Shown piece by piece: positions 12,436 to 26,056 of a stretch of 64,000 nucleotides of DNA. Under the pieces are notes generated by a model. It ran no database searches and was not told where the DNA came from. It worked only from the letters and a program-made list of their open reading frames with translations. The number at the start of each line of letters is the position of its first letter. Position 1 is the first letter of the stretch. The stretch comes from Squalus acanthias. Its lineage: Eukaryota. Location: assembly GCA_030390025.1 (NCBI GenBank), contig CM059432.1, forward strand, positions 129,396,001-129,460,000, written 5' to 3'. A program made the position numbers and the translations under genes.

Positions 12436-12600
12436 TCATGTGCAGGTTCAGCTGTGGTGCCACATTAGTTAAATGACCTGCCAACGCTCACTGTATAGGT
12501 TGACGTATGAAGAATGGACATTTTGGTTTGGTATCGGAAGCAAACTGCAACCCATGAACCAGAGCCCATACCTTCCTTCATCAATACCTTCAGGAGGGGA
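11915..12600 (+). mobile_element. Old SINE-like repeat split by a Deu-SINE insertion
   Basis: 11915-12070 plus 12440-12600 parallel 23550-23730 plus 24365-24540 (acaattagcctcagtgcccatgggctag...; ...ccttcagga). Confidence 0.5.
12075..12437 (+). mobile_element. Deu-domain SINE (SacSINE1/AmnSINE-like), 5' truncated, with (TTTC)n tail
   Basis: caggtggacgtaaaagatcccatggcactatttcgaagaagag...gtcctggccaatatt core; L2-type tail ggcgctctataaatgcaagt; microsatellite 12380-12437. Confidence 0.85.
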
Positions 12601-12651
12601 GGGGAGGGGCGGAGAGAAAAGTGGAGGGGAAAAAAAATACACTGAAGCAGG

Positions 12652-12937
12652 TACGGTAGTCTAGTGATTTTGGTACTGGAATAGCAACCCAGAATCCTGG
12701 TGTGTGCTAAGTTCATTGTTCCCTCCGTGGCAAGTTGTGAAATACAATCAACAAATCTGGGAATTTATGATCTAGCAGCAGAAAATGACCACAAAAGCTG
12801 CCAGATTGTCATAAAAACCCAACTAGTTCACTAATGTCTTTCAGGAAAGGAAACCTACCACCCCTAACTAGTCTGGCCTACATATCACTCCAGACCAACA
12901 TTATGTAGCTGACTCTTAATGGCCTCTGAAGTGGCAC
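12652..12937 (+). mobile_element. tRNA-headed SINE (MER131/Meta-like core; family name tentative)
   Basis: aaaacccaactagttcactaatgtctttcaggaaaggaa...tctggcctacatatcactccaga...gactcttaa core; second copy at ~32640-32850. Confidence 0.6.
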
Positions 12938-13090
12938 CAATGTTCCCTTTAATTATTTTTTGGGTGCACGGCCTCGTTAAGGGGCTGCGCGGCCCATTCA
13001 AAATACCGCGCATGCGAGGCTTTTCCCATTTAAAAGCCGGTGATCCGGCTGCGCAGGAGCCCCAGAGCGCGCAGCTTAAAGGGAACATTG
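12938..13090. mobile_element. 153-bp hAT-like MITE
   Basis: Perfect 15-bp TIRs CAATGTTCCCTTTAA / TTAAAGGGAACATTG; flanks agtggcac / cctagcac share GCAC (possibly a degenerate 8-bp TSD). Confidence 0.75.
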
Positions 13091-13329
13091 CCTAGCACCC
13101 TCTCCATTGTAAAACTCCGTTGTAAAACAGAATCATAAGAGAAATATTGGACGGACCTACCGACAGTCGTCCAGACATTAGATCATAAAAAGATTCAGCA
13201 AGGACCCTGCAAAGTCCTCCTCACCAACACCTGGGAACTAATGCCCAAGTTGGGAGAGGTTGTCCCACAGACTAGTCAATAGTCTGATATAACCATACTT
13301 ACAGTCAGCCAACAAACCAGAGTCTTCCA

Positions 13330-13460
13330 TACAAAAATAAAACACTGCGGATGCTGGAAATCTGAAATAAAAACAGAAAATGCTGGAAATACTCAGCGGG
13401 TCAGGCAGCATCTGTGGAGAGAGAAACAGAGTTAACGTTTCAGGTCGATGGCCTTTCGCC
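13330..13460 (-). mobile_element. Penelope-like pLTR 3' fragment, truncated inside the hammerhead
   Basis: Near-identical to 41526-41661. Confidence 0.8.
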
Positions 13461-13879
13461 ATTCGTCATCGATGAATGTCTTTGACAGTTAGTGGCAACT
13501 CCTCCCGCCATTGACACCAGAAACGCTGGTCATACCTTGCCAGTCTGGGAGAGGGTGGTATTGCTGCCGGTGCCAGGGGGCCACATGGAATTTTTAAAAG
13601 AAAAACGTTCTCCTCTGATCTTCAGGGGTTCATGCTCTGAACCCGACCTAGACTTCCAGGTGGGATTCATTTCCACCAGACGTTGGGGAAACACATCTGG
13701 TGAGACTGAGCATACCTCCGCCAAAGCTGCACCAGATCCCAGCTGAGGGCTGGGGCACAAAAACTCTCAATTTAAGAAATCTCCACCCCCCCAGCCCCGT
13801 CCCTTTGCATCGATGACCTTTCAGCCCCAATTGCATAATTGCATATGCATATCAATATATTTAAAGAGAAAGACCAACC

Positions 13880-14195
13880 TGAATCCACGGTCTCACCCCT
13901 CTCTACGACTCTAACATCCTCCAGACCTGAACACTACATTCCACTGTCTCTGGCCTCTTGTGCATCCCCCTCCTTTTGCCCCATCATTGTGCCTTCAGCC
14001 GCCTAGGCCGTACTCTCTGGAATTCCCTCCCTGAACCCCTGCTCATCTCCACCTCTCTTTCCTCCTTTTAAACCCTTTTTAAACCCACCTTCTGACCAAG
14101 GTTTCTTTCTTCCTTTGTCTCAGCATCTGCTTTTCCTTCCACGTCTGTGAAGCACCTTGGGACATTTTACTACGTTAAAGAGGTTATATATGTTG
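13880..14195 (+). mobile_element. L2 LINE 3' end (older copy)
   Basis: ctctggaattccctccct...gtgaagcaccttgggacattttactacgttaaag. Confidence 0.7.
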
Positions 14196-14983
14196 TCGCC
14201 ATCAAAAAAGTGATGCAAATTAATCCAGAAACAGACTGATTTATTGTGTTCAACTTTATTTTAACTAATTGATGCCGTCATGTACATAACGCGTAGAAAG
14301 TGTCTCCTCTAACAATTTGAGGAAACAGAACTGAAATAATGGGTGGTCTTTATACAAGAACTATGAGTTCGCAATAAAGAATTTATCCATAATTCTTCGA
14401 AGGAAATAGATGCCATGGGAACGGTAATGGCCTAAATAAGTTACGCACAGCATTGTCTAGCTAATGGGAAACATTCATAATGGTTAAATGTAGGAAATGT
14501 AGACAACACTGAGTAATGGGAAGGAATGACTTCTACACTGGGGTATAATTTCCCTTAAAACGTAGCATCTCCGTGGAAACCATTATCTTAGCAGTAGCAC
14601 CAGTCTCTGATGAAACTCTTTTCATTTGTCTGGAAAGATTTTCGCCTCTGTCGACCTTCTGCAAATGTTGTCAACCTTTGGACTCGAATTGTTTTCTTCC
14701 CACAGCTGTACCAACTAGGACTGTGACCTTTCACCTTCAGCAGAAGACGTGCATGTTACGCCCAACAAAAAGATGAGGGGAAAAAAACGAAAGTAGTACT
14801 AAAATACTGTAAAGAAAAGAAGGTATTATTGTTTACAAGCACAGTGATCTCTTGCAGAAAACGTTTTTCTTCTCCTGGGGCCTAGATCTAGATGTTGCTC
14901 CCGTATCTAGTTGAAGTAAGACGATGTGGGTATAGGCTGGGAACCCAGAGCACAGTGATGTTCCCCAAACCTCAGGTTCCGAG

Positions 14984-15536
14984 GGTGGGAAATTCGACTG
15001 AATCCCTCTGAAATGGGCGCGAAGTTGGCGGTGCCACCTCTTCGCCCGGCCATTCGCCCGTCCAGCGCGAGACCTGAAACAGATTCAGCTTGCAGCCTCG
15101 TTACCATGACGCCAGCGAGCTGCGGGCGCCAAACGGGCATCACGCCGCAGCTCCGCCCGATCCGGGCAGCGCAATATTGGGGCAGCGCACGGAAGCTGAC
15201 CCGGCCGCAGGGGGAGCATTCCCGCTCCGCCTGGCCCCACCAAAATAATTTTTCACTTACCTTTTTGGGGCCGCTTCCTTTTCAACACGCGGTAAAGCTA
15301 ATCAAAGCGTGCATGGCGCACAAACTGCCCATTTGTACCTGAGTTTTTCAATCGGGGTCCTACAACTGGGGTAGGCCTCCAATTTGCATATTGGAGCAGT
15401 CTTACACCTGTTTCAGGCCCACCTGAATATTGCATCAGGTGGGCTTTGGCCAAGGTTCCGCTGCCCGATTTTTAACTGCTGGCTACTGGAGGAACCACTA
15501 GCACTGGTGAAGTTAGAATGTGCCAATCTTACAGCC
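14984..15536. mobile_element. GC/CpG-rich Harbinger-type MITE
   Basis: Degenerate termini ggtgggaaattcg / ccaatcttacagcc; CpG-rich body. Confidence 0.5.
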
Positions 15537-16419
15537 AAGCAGCTCAGCAAATGTGGGGCTCCTACAAATACAACCAGTAATTATGATGTAACCACAAAGC
15601 AGCAAGGGACTGAACCAGCCGTGGAAGAAAAAAAGCCCCAAAAGAAAATCCAATGCCTGGAGACTGCAACCTATCTTCAGAAACATGCTAACCAGACCAG
15701 TCCCTTGGGCTGGTTGGCAAGTGTTCCAAGGTGCTGAAGGAAACTGGGGAGGACATGTATGAGGTACTGGCTATTGTCTTGAAGGAATCATTGGACACTG
15801 GTGAAGCTTTGCAGGACCAGCACCTAGCAAATTTAATTGCCCCAAAATTGCACAGGTCTTGCAGCACATGCCTGTTGTAACTCTGTCGGGAGAGACCAGA
15901 AATTCGCCAGGACCCAGATGTGCCAGGTCCTAGCCTTCGATGGGAGCTTTAGAGGGTCTTTGCCTTGGGTGGAACCTCTGTCCACCCCAATCATGCTCCC
16001 TCGTGTCACAGGGGAATGTAGACAAGGCCAAGGCTAAGGCAAGGGTTGGGAAATCCCTACACTGGGAGTTCCTGCTTACCCAGCCTCTGTCGGACATGGT
16101 ATAAGGTTGGAGGCAGGTATGCCCCATGAGGTGAGTTGTCCCAGGCTCTAGAAGGCTGCAAGTTGGTTGCACTGGGGGAGGAGTGGGGGTTGGGGGTGGG
16201 GGGGGGGGGGGGGCGGGGTGGGGGCTGGTGTCACAATCCAGGGTGGCAGCCTGGAACCACCAAAATGAAAAATGTACATTTTATTATCAGTCACATGCAA
16301 ATGAGATTTCCTCTTACTGACCCCACACACTCTGGCAGGGTCAGCACTGAAGGGTACTGGCAGGCGAAATCCAGGCATACCGTCCCAGATTGCAGCTTGT
16401 GCAATTTAAGGGTCAATAT

Positions 16420-18660
16420 CTAAATTTAAAAAGGTGGCAAGAATGATCCAGGAAACTATAGGCCCATTTGCCTAACATCAGTAACAGGTAAAACAATAGA
16501 AACCATTTCATGAGTGAGTTGAAGAAATGACTGTACAGCAGCAAATTAATAGTAAACAGATGGATTTAAAAGGCGAAAATCATATCTGACAAACCACCTC
16601 GCCTTCTTTGTGAATCTTATAAATAAAGGAGACAGCATAACTCCCTGCATTGTGGTTTATTTGGACTTTGAGGAAGCTATTTATAAAGTTCCACATGAAG
16701 GATTTCTAATTAAGCTAAAAGCCACGAGAATCCAAGGTAAAACATGGAAATAGAAAAGAAGTTGATTAAAAAAAATAGACAACATTGTGCGCATGAGAGG
16801 TGTAGTGTCAGACTCAGGAGAGGTGATGAGTGGACTGTCATTAAGATTAGTGTTTGAAACCCTGACATCTTGCATAATCTACATAGAGGACCCAAATTCT
16901 GAAGCCAATTGTACGCTTGTCAGATTTATAGACAACACTAAACAAGGGAAAACCGTCGGCACAGAGAATGCAGTTAAAGATTTGCAAGAGGACTTAGATC
17001 AGTTATATAACTGGACAGATAAGTGGCACATAGAATTTAATAGTGACAAATGGAAAGTATTGCAGATTGGATTAAATAGTATGCACCATAAGTATACAAT
17101 GAATGAAATAGAAATGGCACTGGGAGACATAACAAAGGACATGGAAGTAATTGCAGACTTGTCACTTTCATTGTAACAGACCAAATAGAATGCTGGGCTA
17201 TATTGCAGAACAGTAGAGTACAGTCTGCAGAGATCGTGCAACTCTTTACAATACACTGCCAAGCAACACGTAGCACGACATTCAATTCTGGCCATCGTGC
17301 TATAAGAAAGACATAGACCATTTGGAACGTGTCAAGAGAAAATAAACAAGATCCCAAGCAGGAAGGGGATCAGCTATGAGAAAAATTGGGAGTAACTCAA
17401 ATGGGGAATATTTAACCCCCAAGGACTGGTGGGTTGAGGGCGGGTGGGAAGTAAAAATCTTTTAAATCTCAAACCCGACCCCAACCCGCCCACTTCTGGT
17501 TTTAACGGAGGCGGGTCTGTGGGGCGGGTGACCAATCCGCTCTCAGGAGGCGGGTCAGTCAGTAAAAACTCTTAAGGAGGCTGCGTGCCTCCATTTTAAC
17601 AGGATTTTTATTTTTAACCCATGGAGGCCGGGATTCCCAGGGCTTGGGAAACCCAGCAGGTAAAAGGAGGTGGGAAGGGCCAGATCCATGAGGTGAGTGC
17701 ATTTACAGCACTGCTTGTGGGCCAGGAGGAGCAGTATTGTTTATCGAGACCCAACAGGCTTACCTCTTTACAGACTGCGAGATCGACCCACCCACCCACA
17801 CCACCCCCCCGACGACCCCCTCCCAACTCATCCCAATCTCCAAATCCCCGTGATCTCCGACTAACCCCCCCCACCCCCGATCTCCAACTCCCTCCCACCC
17901 TCTCGTGATCTCCGACTCCCCGCAACCCGTCCTCGCGATCTCCTACTTGCCTGGTCTCCACTCCTCAGCTGCTTTCCCGCCCGACAGCCAGCCTGTCAAT
18001 CAGCCTGTCAATCAGCCTGTCAATCAGGCTGGCTGTCGGGCGGGAAACCTGCGTTCCGGATGCATTTCCGTCCTTCACCATCTTAACTCAGCTCAGAACA
18101 GGCCCATCCCAGGCATGCGGGAGGCCTACTTTACATTCAGGTCGTGGCCTGATGATGTCATCAGCGCCGTTAAACCACCTTAACTAAATAATTCGGGAGG
18201 CCAACACAGGCTAAACCCCACAGAGGGACCTGGTGGTAGACAGCGGCGTGGCCAGAAGAGGCAACGATAAGTGTTTAAATTGACCTTTTTCTGCTGTTTC
18301 CTTGTGGGCATGGTCCCCCGGGCCCCAAAAGGAATCCTTGCGACTCCGCAACCTCAAACTGGCATCGCCTGTGAAAACCCCTTCCCCCAGCACTAACTTC
18401 ATGTCAGGGACCTTTCCTTTGGATCCTCAGCGTTTTCAGGCTCCCATCCAGAGGCCCATCTTCAGTCCACCGTTTCAGGCAGTAGACAGTGCTGCAGTAT
18501 TTAATTGAGACCCAGGAGTTAAAATTGCCCTGGCCTCAGGCTGACGTCTCTGACGCCCTCTCGCCCCGCATTCCGCCCGCCCCGAGTTAAAATTGATTCT
18601 AATGTTGACTATTATCTTAAGACATCTAAGGGGATATTAGTTGAAATGATTAAAAGCACA
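16420..18660 (+). mobile_element. Old CR1 RT fragment interrupted by the MITE at 17403-18600
   Basis: PGNYRPI, YLDFEEAIYKVPH, FIDNTK and LQEDLDQL..W.DKW.IEFN..K.KVL motifs; resumes at 18601. Confidence 0.75.
17403..18600. mobile_element. Harbinger-type non-autonomous element
   Basis: AAT TSD (17400-17402 / 18601-18603); degenerate TIRs ggggaatatttaac / gttaaaattgattct; internal hairpins. Confidence 0.75.
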
Positions 18661-18759
18661 AAAGAGCTACTGAACCCATGCAAAGGAACATTAGCTCAAT
18701 TGACGTCATTCAAATGAGGCCTCATTTGCCTGTTCCGGTGAACATTAACCAGCCCATAG

Positions 18760-19010
18760 CTTTATTTGAAGAACAGGGAGTTCTCCTGGTGTCCTGGCCA
18801 ACATTGCTCCTTCAACCAAGACCAGCAATGAACAGATTAACTGTTCATTCATCTCGTTGCTATTTGTGGGCTCCAGTTGTATGCAAAGCAGGCTGGTATG
18901 TTCAACTACACAGCAACAGTGACTGAACCTCAAAGTAAAGCACTGTATGTCAAGCACTTTGGGGCATCATGAGAGATATGATAAGGTGATATATAAATGC
19001 TTTCTTTCTT
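18760..19010 (+). mobile_element. Decayed Deu-domain SINE
   Basis: gaagaacagggagttctcctggtgtcctggccaacatt...aagcactttggg...atataaatgc. Confidence 0.7.
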
Positions 19011-19269
19011 TCTATGGCATGTAATGTTGGTATCAGTATAAGGCTGAAAATGGCAGCAAAAGAAGTGTCATGAGATACCATAGGACTGATTTTAGTCACC
19101 GTTATGTCCCAGAAATGAGCACAGATAGGGCAAAACAGAGTGTTAGAAGTGGATACAGATCAATTTCTGTTCTTCGCTCATTTCATATGCTGTAACGTTT
19201 GCAATGGAGCTTGGGGTAGATGGAAGAAGATCCCCTCCATAGGAGGCGGGATCTTCAATTAAATATGTA

Positions 19270-21868
19270 AATGAGAACAAGGGCGCTTGCATGCAAATTT
19301 CCAGATATTTGTGCACACAGGACATCCAACTCCAGCAAATTTGCAGGGAAATTACAGAGAGGTGCAAGAACTATAGAGTAGTGACAATGGGGGGCTTCAA
19401 CTATCCTAATGTAGACTGGGATAGTAATAGTGTAAAGGGCAGAGAGGGGGAAGAATTTCTGAAGCGTGTTCAAGAGAACTTTCTTGATCAGTACATTTTC
19501 GGCCCAGCGAGGGAGGAGGCATTGCTGGATCTGGTTCTTGGAAATGAGGTGGGTCAAGTGGAGCAAGTGTCTGTAGGGGACATTTAGGGAACAGTGACCA
19601 TAGTATCATAAGGTTTAGATTAGCTATGGAAAAGGACAAGGAGCAATCTAGACTAAAAATGCTTAATTGGAGGAGGGCCAATTTCAGTGGGTTGAGAACA
19701 GATCTGGCCTGGGTAAATTGGAATCAAAGATTGGCAGGCAAAACTGTAATCGAACAATGGGCTGCCTTTAAAGAGGAGATGGTTCGGGTACAGTCGAGGT
19801 ACATTCCCACAAGGGGGAAAGGTAGGGCAACTAAAGCCAGAGCTCCCTGGATGATGAAAGAGACAGAGAGTAAGATGAAGCAGATAAAGGGGGCGTATGA
19901 AAGATGTCAGGTTGGGAATACAAGTGAGAACCAGGCAGAATATAGAAAGCTCAGAGGGGAAGTGAAAAAGGAAATAAGAGGGGCAAAGAGAGAGTATGAG
20001 AATAGATTGTCAGCTAACATAAAAGGGAATCCAAAAGTCTTCTATAGGCATATAAATAATAAACGGGTAGTAAGAGGAGGGATGGGGCCGATTAGGGACC
20101 AAAAAGGAGACCTAAGCTTGGAGGCAGAGGGCATGGCTGAGGTACTAAATGAGTACTTTGCATCTGTCTTTACCAAGGAAGAAGATGCTGCCAAAGTCAT
20201 TGTGAAAGAGGAGGTTTGAGATACTGGATAGGATAAAAATTGATAAAGAGGAGGTACTAGAAAGGCTGGCTGTACTTAAAGTAGATAAGTCACCAGGATG
20301 GATGCATCCTAGGATGCTGAGGGAGGTAAAGGTGGAAATTGCAGAGGTACTGGCCATAATCTTCCAATCCTCCTTAGAAATGGGGGTGGTGCCAGAGGAC
20401 TGGAAAGTTGCAAATGTTAAACCCTTGTTCAAAAAAGGGTGTAAAGATAAACCCAGCAACTACAGACCAGTCAGTTTAAGCTCGGTAGTGGGGAAGCTTT
20501 TAGAAACGATAATCCGGGACAAAATTAACAGTCACTTGGACAAGTGTGGATTAATTAAGGAAAGCCAGCACGGATTTGTCAAAGGCAAATCGTGCTGAAC
20601 TAACTTGATTGAGTTTTTTGATGAGGTAACAGAGAGGGTTGATGAGGGCAATGCGGTTGACGTGGTGTACATTGACTTCCAAAAGACATTTGATAAAGTG
20701 CCACATAATAGGCTTGCCAGCAAAGTTGAAGTCCATGGAATAAAAGGGACAGTGGTAGCATGGATACAAAGTTGGCTAAGTGACAGGAAACAGAGAGTAG
20801 TGGTGAACGGTCGTTTATCGGACTGGAGGAAGGTACACAGTGGTGTTCCCCAGGGGTCGGTACTAGGACCACTGCTTTTCTTGATATATATATTAATGAC
20901 TTGGACTTAGGTGTACAGGGCACAATTTCAAAATTTGCAGATGGCACAAAACGTGGAAGTATAGTGAACAGTGAGGAGGAGAGTGATAGACTTCAAGAGG
21001 ACATAGACAGGCTGGTGGAAAGGGCGGACACGTGGCAGATGAAATTTAACGCAGAAAAGTGCGAAGTGCTACATTTTGGTAGGAAGAAGAAGGAAAGGCA
21101 ATATAAACTAAAGGGTACAATTCTAAAGGGGGTGCATGAACAAAGAGCACTGGGGGTATATGTGCACAAATCATTGAAGGTGGCAGGGCAGGTTGATAAA
21201 GCAGTTAAAAAAGCATACGGGATCCTGGGCTTCAGAAATAGAGGCATAGAGTACAAAAGCAAGGAAGTTATGATGAACCTTTATAAAACACTGGTTCAGC
21301 CTCAACTGGAGTATTGTGTCCAACTCTGGGCACCGCACTTTAAGAAGGATGAGAATGCCTTAGAGAGGGTGAAGAAAAGATTAACAAGAATGGTTCCAGG
21401 GATGAGGGGCTTCAGTTACGTGGATAGACTGGAGAGGCTGGGGTTGTTCTCCTTAGAGCAGAGAAGGTTGAGCGGAGATTTGATAGAGGTGTTCAAAATC
21501 ATGAGGGGTCTAGACAGAGTAGATAGAGAGAAACTGTTCCCATTGGCGAAAGGGTCAAGAATAGAGGACATAGATTTAAAATAATCGTCAGAAGAACCAA
21601 AGGCCACATGAGGAAAAGCTTTTTTATGCAGCGAGTGGTTAGGATCTGGAATGCACTGCCTGAAAGGGTGGTGGAGGCAGATTCAATCGTGGCTTTCAAA
21701 AGGGAATTGGATAAGTACCTGAAGGAAAAAATTTGCAGGGCTACGGGGAAAGGGCGGGGGAGTGGGACTAGCTGAAGTGCTCTTGCAGAGAGCTGGCACG
21801 GGCTTGACGGACCGAATGGCCCCTTCTGTGCTGTAACCATTCTATGAGTCTATGATTCTATGATTCTA
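19270..21868 (+). mobile_element. CR1 LINE, 5' truncated ORF2 (APE C-terminus + RT) with 3' UTR and (TCTATGA)n tail; frameshifted
   Basis: [55 protein letters not shown] and FADGTK motifs spread over ORFs 19291-19587, 19626-20219, 20302-20598, 20605-20910 and 20901-21584. Confidence 0.95.
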
Positions 21869-23734
21869 TAATTTTGAACACTGGATGTCCAGGGTTGTTG
21901 GGGGGATTGAGGAGACTGGTAGAAAATCATTTAAAGGCGTAGTAAAATTAAAAGAGTTAATGTAAGCCATTTCTGAACCGGTTTTGATCTGCTTTTTCTC
22001 CGGGCACTTGGCTTTTCTCGGGCTTTTGTGTATTGGCTTTCCTTTCATTTCTTTGCCTTTCAGTCTTTACATGCCTTTTGAGCTCTTTCAAAAGCTGTAA
22101 GAATTTGACGTCCCGCTGTTCTACTTTAATTGTCTGCATTCCTTTAAATTTCACATGCAATTTTTGGCTCCCACCACTAGTGTGCTCACTGCACCCATCC
22201 AAATCTGCATCCAGAGCTCTGAATAATTACACAAATGGACTGATCCTGAGAATTGAACGTCACTAACACATTCCCATTCTGCTGAGATTGGCACCAGCTC
22301 GGAGCCATTTGGGACTGACTTGCACCAATGGATGAAAGCCAGCCCCCATGCTTTTAGCGAAGCTATTCTTTACATCAAATTGAATAATTTTGTGGGGGTG
22401 CAGCCAAGCACCATTACCCAGGAGGAACTTACAATTTTAAATCCTGCCCAGCTGCATTCCACACATGACATTCACCTGGTCTCAGCAGCACGATCCTGTT
22501 CTTCAAAGAAAATGAAAGGCTGAGGGTGTAATTTCTGTGCAACGTGCTCCCCTCATAGCTCTATATTTATCTTGGAGAGTACTTCTAATTTCATGTAAAC
22601 CCATCACTTTCCAATCTCCACTCTCCTCTTTAGTCAGCTCGATGGTACAAGGCTCCTTACGGAAAACCACTCTATTAGCTTCAGTGGGAGCCGCCACTTT
22701 ACTCTGGCCTGGGGACTAATCCAAAGCCTCTGAAGTCATGAAGAAGGAAACACTTTAAAAATACAGGTGGGGGAATATTTTGCACAGGAAGTACTTCCCT
22801 CGGCCTTTCCTTCTCTATTAACCAGATGTTTTCCCAGCTTTACTTAAAAAGACTTAATTGGCAGAGTGATACCGGCTGGAAGAAGACACCGCAGTCTGCT
22901 TGCTCCACTCTGAATAAAAGTAATATCCCTGAAAGAATGTTACTACACATGAAATATGATTTGAGAGAATGTTTTTTTCCTCATATATTTTTAAATGCTG
23001 GGTGTCGGCAGTAGAATGGCAAATTCGTGATTTTTTTTCCTTTAAGGAAATAAAGCTGCTGAATTTAATATTAGCAAAATCTAACGCTGTGCAAAAACAA
23101 CAATATTTTGTTGAAAGAAGTTATTAAGTTGTAACGAAGGCTTTGCAGGGACACGGTTGCCTCTTCAATCTCCAAGCAGCACCATCTTTTTTGATTGACC
23201 TGCACAAAGGCTATTAAAAAAAAATCCCTCCATCTGCATGGACCATCCTTCAAACAAATTGTCACACACGATTTAAATATCATTCAGTTCTTGCTTAAGA
23301 ACCACAAGGGTTCAGGAAGAATGACTAAAGCAACTTTAATCAGGTTGTCATCTAACACAATTGTGTTACTCATATAATAATTGCACAATTATCGTCTCCC
23401 CGTGAGATTTCAGAATTTAATGTACTGTTTTTCAGACTTACAGGGAATAATTAAAAAACTAAACAGCCGATTAAAAGTGGCATTTAAGTGCTATCTCGAT
23501 GGCTCCACAAGCTTAAACAGTGAACAGCTCAGACATGAATAGAAAAAAAACCAACTGGGAAGGTCCCATTTGTGATTCCGGAACTGGGCTGGGTTAGCTC
23601 CTCCCAGCTGGACTGTAGAGGTCACTATAATTAGCCTCAACACTCCTGGGGATGGATAGTAAAATCAAGCAAGATTTCTGATGCTGTTCCAGCAAACCCT
23701 GATGATAGGGCACGCATGTGGAATCAGGTGAAGA

Positions 23735-24360
23735 ACATAAGAGACAGAAGCAGGAGTAGGTCATTTGGCCATTCGAGCCTGCTCCGCCATGCAATAATGT
23801 CATGGCTGATCTACCTCAACTCCATGTTCCCGCACTATCCCAAGATTCCCCTTGTATCCAAAAATCTATCGCTCTCTGTCTTGAATATACTCAATGACTG
23901 AGCCTCCACAGAGCTCTGGGGTAAAGAATTCCAAAGATTCACCACCCTCTAAGTGAAGAAATTTCTCCTCATCTCAGTCCTAAATGGCCGACCCCTTATT
24001 CTGAGACTATGACCCCTGGTTCTAGACTCCCCAGCCAGGGGAAACATCCTCCCAGCATCCACCCTATCAAGCCCCTTAAGAATGTTATGTTTCAATGAGA
24101 TCACCTCTCATTCTTCTAAACTCTAGGGAATATAGGCCTAGTCTACTCAATCTCTCCTCATAAGACAATCCCCTCAACTCAGAAATCAGTCTAGTAAACT
24201 TTTGTTGCACTCCCTCTAGGGCAAGTATATCCTTCCTTAGGTAAGGAGACCAAAACTGTACGCAGTACTCCAAGTGTGGTCTCACCAGGGCCCTATATAA
24301 TTGTAATAAGACTTCTTTACTCTTATATTCCAACCTCTTTGCAATAAAGCCTAACTTACC
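23735..24360 (-). mobile_element. CR1 3' fragment inserted in an old SINE-like repeat
   Basis: ORF 24085-24333 EYKSKEVLLQLYRALVRPHLEYCVQFWSP...; 3' UTR at 23735-23830. Confidence 0.92.
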
Positions 24361-24664
24361 ATAAGAAGAGATTGGGCTTCACTGTAATGCCTCATGCAGT
24401 TGAATAACCTACCACCATTCCCTGTCAAGGTTCACACATGTATTAAGAGGCACTTGTGTCAGATGCCAGAGGATGCCTGGGGATATGGAACCTTACCCCA
24501 GTGAGGAGTCAACTCCTTCAGGACAGGACAGGAGTGGAGAAAAGTGGGGAAAGGAAGAACAAAGTGTCATGTAAACATTCCCAAACTGTAATCAAGTATG
24601 CATCATTTCCGAAACAATCTTAAGGGAAAAAAAGTTGTGCTACATTTTTCGAACTGAAGTCGAA

Positions 24665-24995
24665 AGTACTTATTTCCCTTAGCAGAGGGGTCAAAAACCA
24701 GGGGCCAGATTTAAAGTAATTGGGGGAAGGTTTAGAGGGGATTTGAGGGGAAATTTCTTCACCCAGAGGGTTGTGGAGTCTGGAACTCACTGCCTGAAAG
24801 GGTGGTAGAGGCAGGAACCCTCACTACATTTAAAAAGTACTTGGATGTGCACTTGGGATGCTCTAACCTGCAGGGCTACGGACCAAGAGCTGGGAAGTGG
24901 GATTAGGCTGGATAGCTCTTTGTTGGCCGGCGTGGACACGATGGGCCGAAATGGCCTCCTTCCGTGCTGTAACTTTCTAGAATTCTATGATTCTA
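24665..24995 (+). mobile_element. CR1 3' end
   Basis: FFTQRVV..WNSLP segment and TTCTATGA tail; same subfamily as 48085-48386. Confidence 0.88.
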
Positions 24996-25489
24996 TACTG
25001 TTAATGTTGACTATATAACATATTCAATGGATTCTAATTTTATCTCACGCTAGATTTTTTTTTCACTTTTTTTTTAAAATTAAGAAACTGAGGTGATGGC
25101 CCAAATTGCATGACACCATCAAAGTTGAAAAGAATAGACAAAGGTAAATGAGGAATGAGCAATTAGGTGGCACCAATCACTGAAAAGCTGAAGATTATAA
25201 GAGTGAGGAAGATCTGACAGAGTTAAGGAGATTTGATGTGCTGGGAAAGAATGAGTTAGAATAGGAGATGGTGTGAAGAGTTTTTTCAACACAGTGGAAA
25301 AGTAGGGAGGAGGGAGAATATTTAAAGCAGCATATCTGGAGCTAAGAAGGAACAAGAGAGGAGATGCCATACAGGCGCTGACTATAGTATTACTGATATA
25401 ATAAAGAGAAACGAGAAAAGCTGCAATGGGAGAGAGAGATTGAAGGCTAGAGGTAAGAAAAGAATCACAAATCAGATGATAGGGTTTTT

Positions 25490-25680
25490 ACATAGAATGT
25501 ACAGCAGAGAAACAGGCCATTCGGCTCAAGAGGTCTATGCCAGTGTTTATGCTCCACACGAGTCTCCTCCAAATCCTATTCATCGATCCCCATCAACATA
25601 CCCTTCTATTCCTTTCTCCTTCATGCACTCATCTAACTTCCCAATAAATGCATCTAGGCTATTCGCCTCAACTACTCCGA
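25490..25680 (-). mobile_element. CR1 3' end
   Basis: VVEANSLDAFIGKLD..MKEKGIEGY; rc of the 3' UTR. Confidence 0.8.
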
Positions 25681-25929
25681 CGTCGGGAAACCCCGCCAGG
25701 GTCACCGAGGTGAGCAGTGGGTCTGTGGGGGTCGGAGGGGTCCAAAAGTGCGCTGTGAAGGTAAGTGATGGGTGCAAGTGTGGAGAGGTAAGTGTGTGAG
25801 GTGAGTGAAAAGTGATAGAAAATGTTTACTTACCTTTGTTTCTTCCTGCAGGCTTCAACAGTTGGGGATGCGGAGACTCTCGCATCTCACCAGCAGAGAT
25901 GACAGATGGCTGCTGCATTCTCCGATGCT

Positions 25930-26056
25930 TGAGGGAAATAAACTTGCAGGGCTATGGGGATAGAGCGGAGGAATGGGACTGACTGGATTGCTCTACAGAG
26001 AGCCGGCACGGACTTGATGGGCCGAATGGCCTCCTTCTGTGCCGTTATAACTCTAT
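25930..26056 (+). mobile_element. Short CR1 3' end
   Basis: gcagggctatggggatagagcg...gggccgaatggcctccttctgtg tail. Confidence 0.8.

Noticed and set aside
21866..22202. Lys-rich minus-strand ORFs as a host exon
   Set aside because: No recognisable domain or clear splice sites; explained by local T-rich composition.
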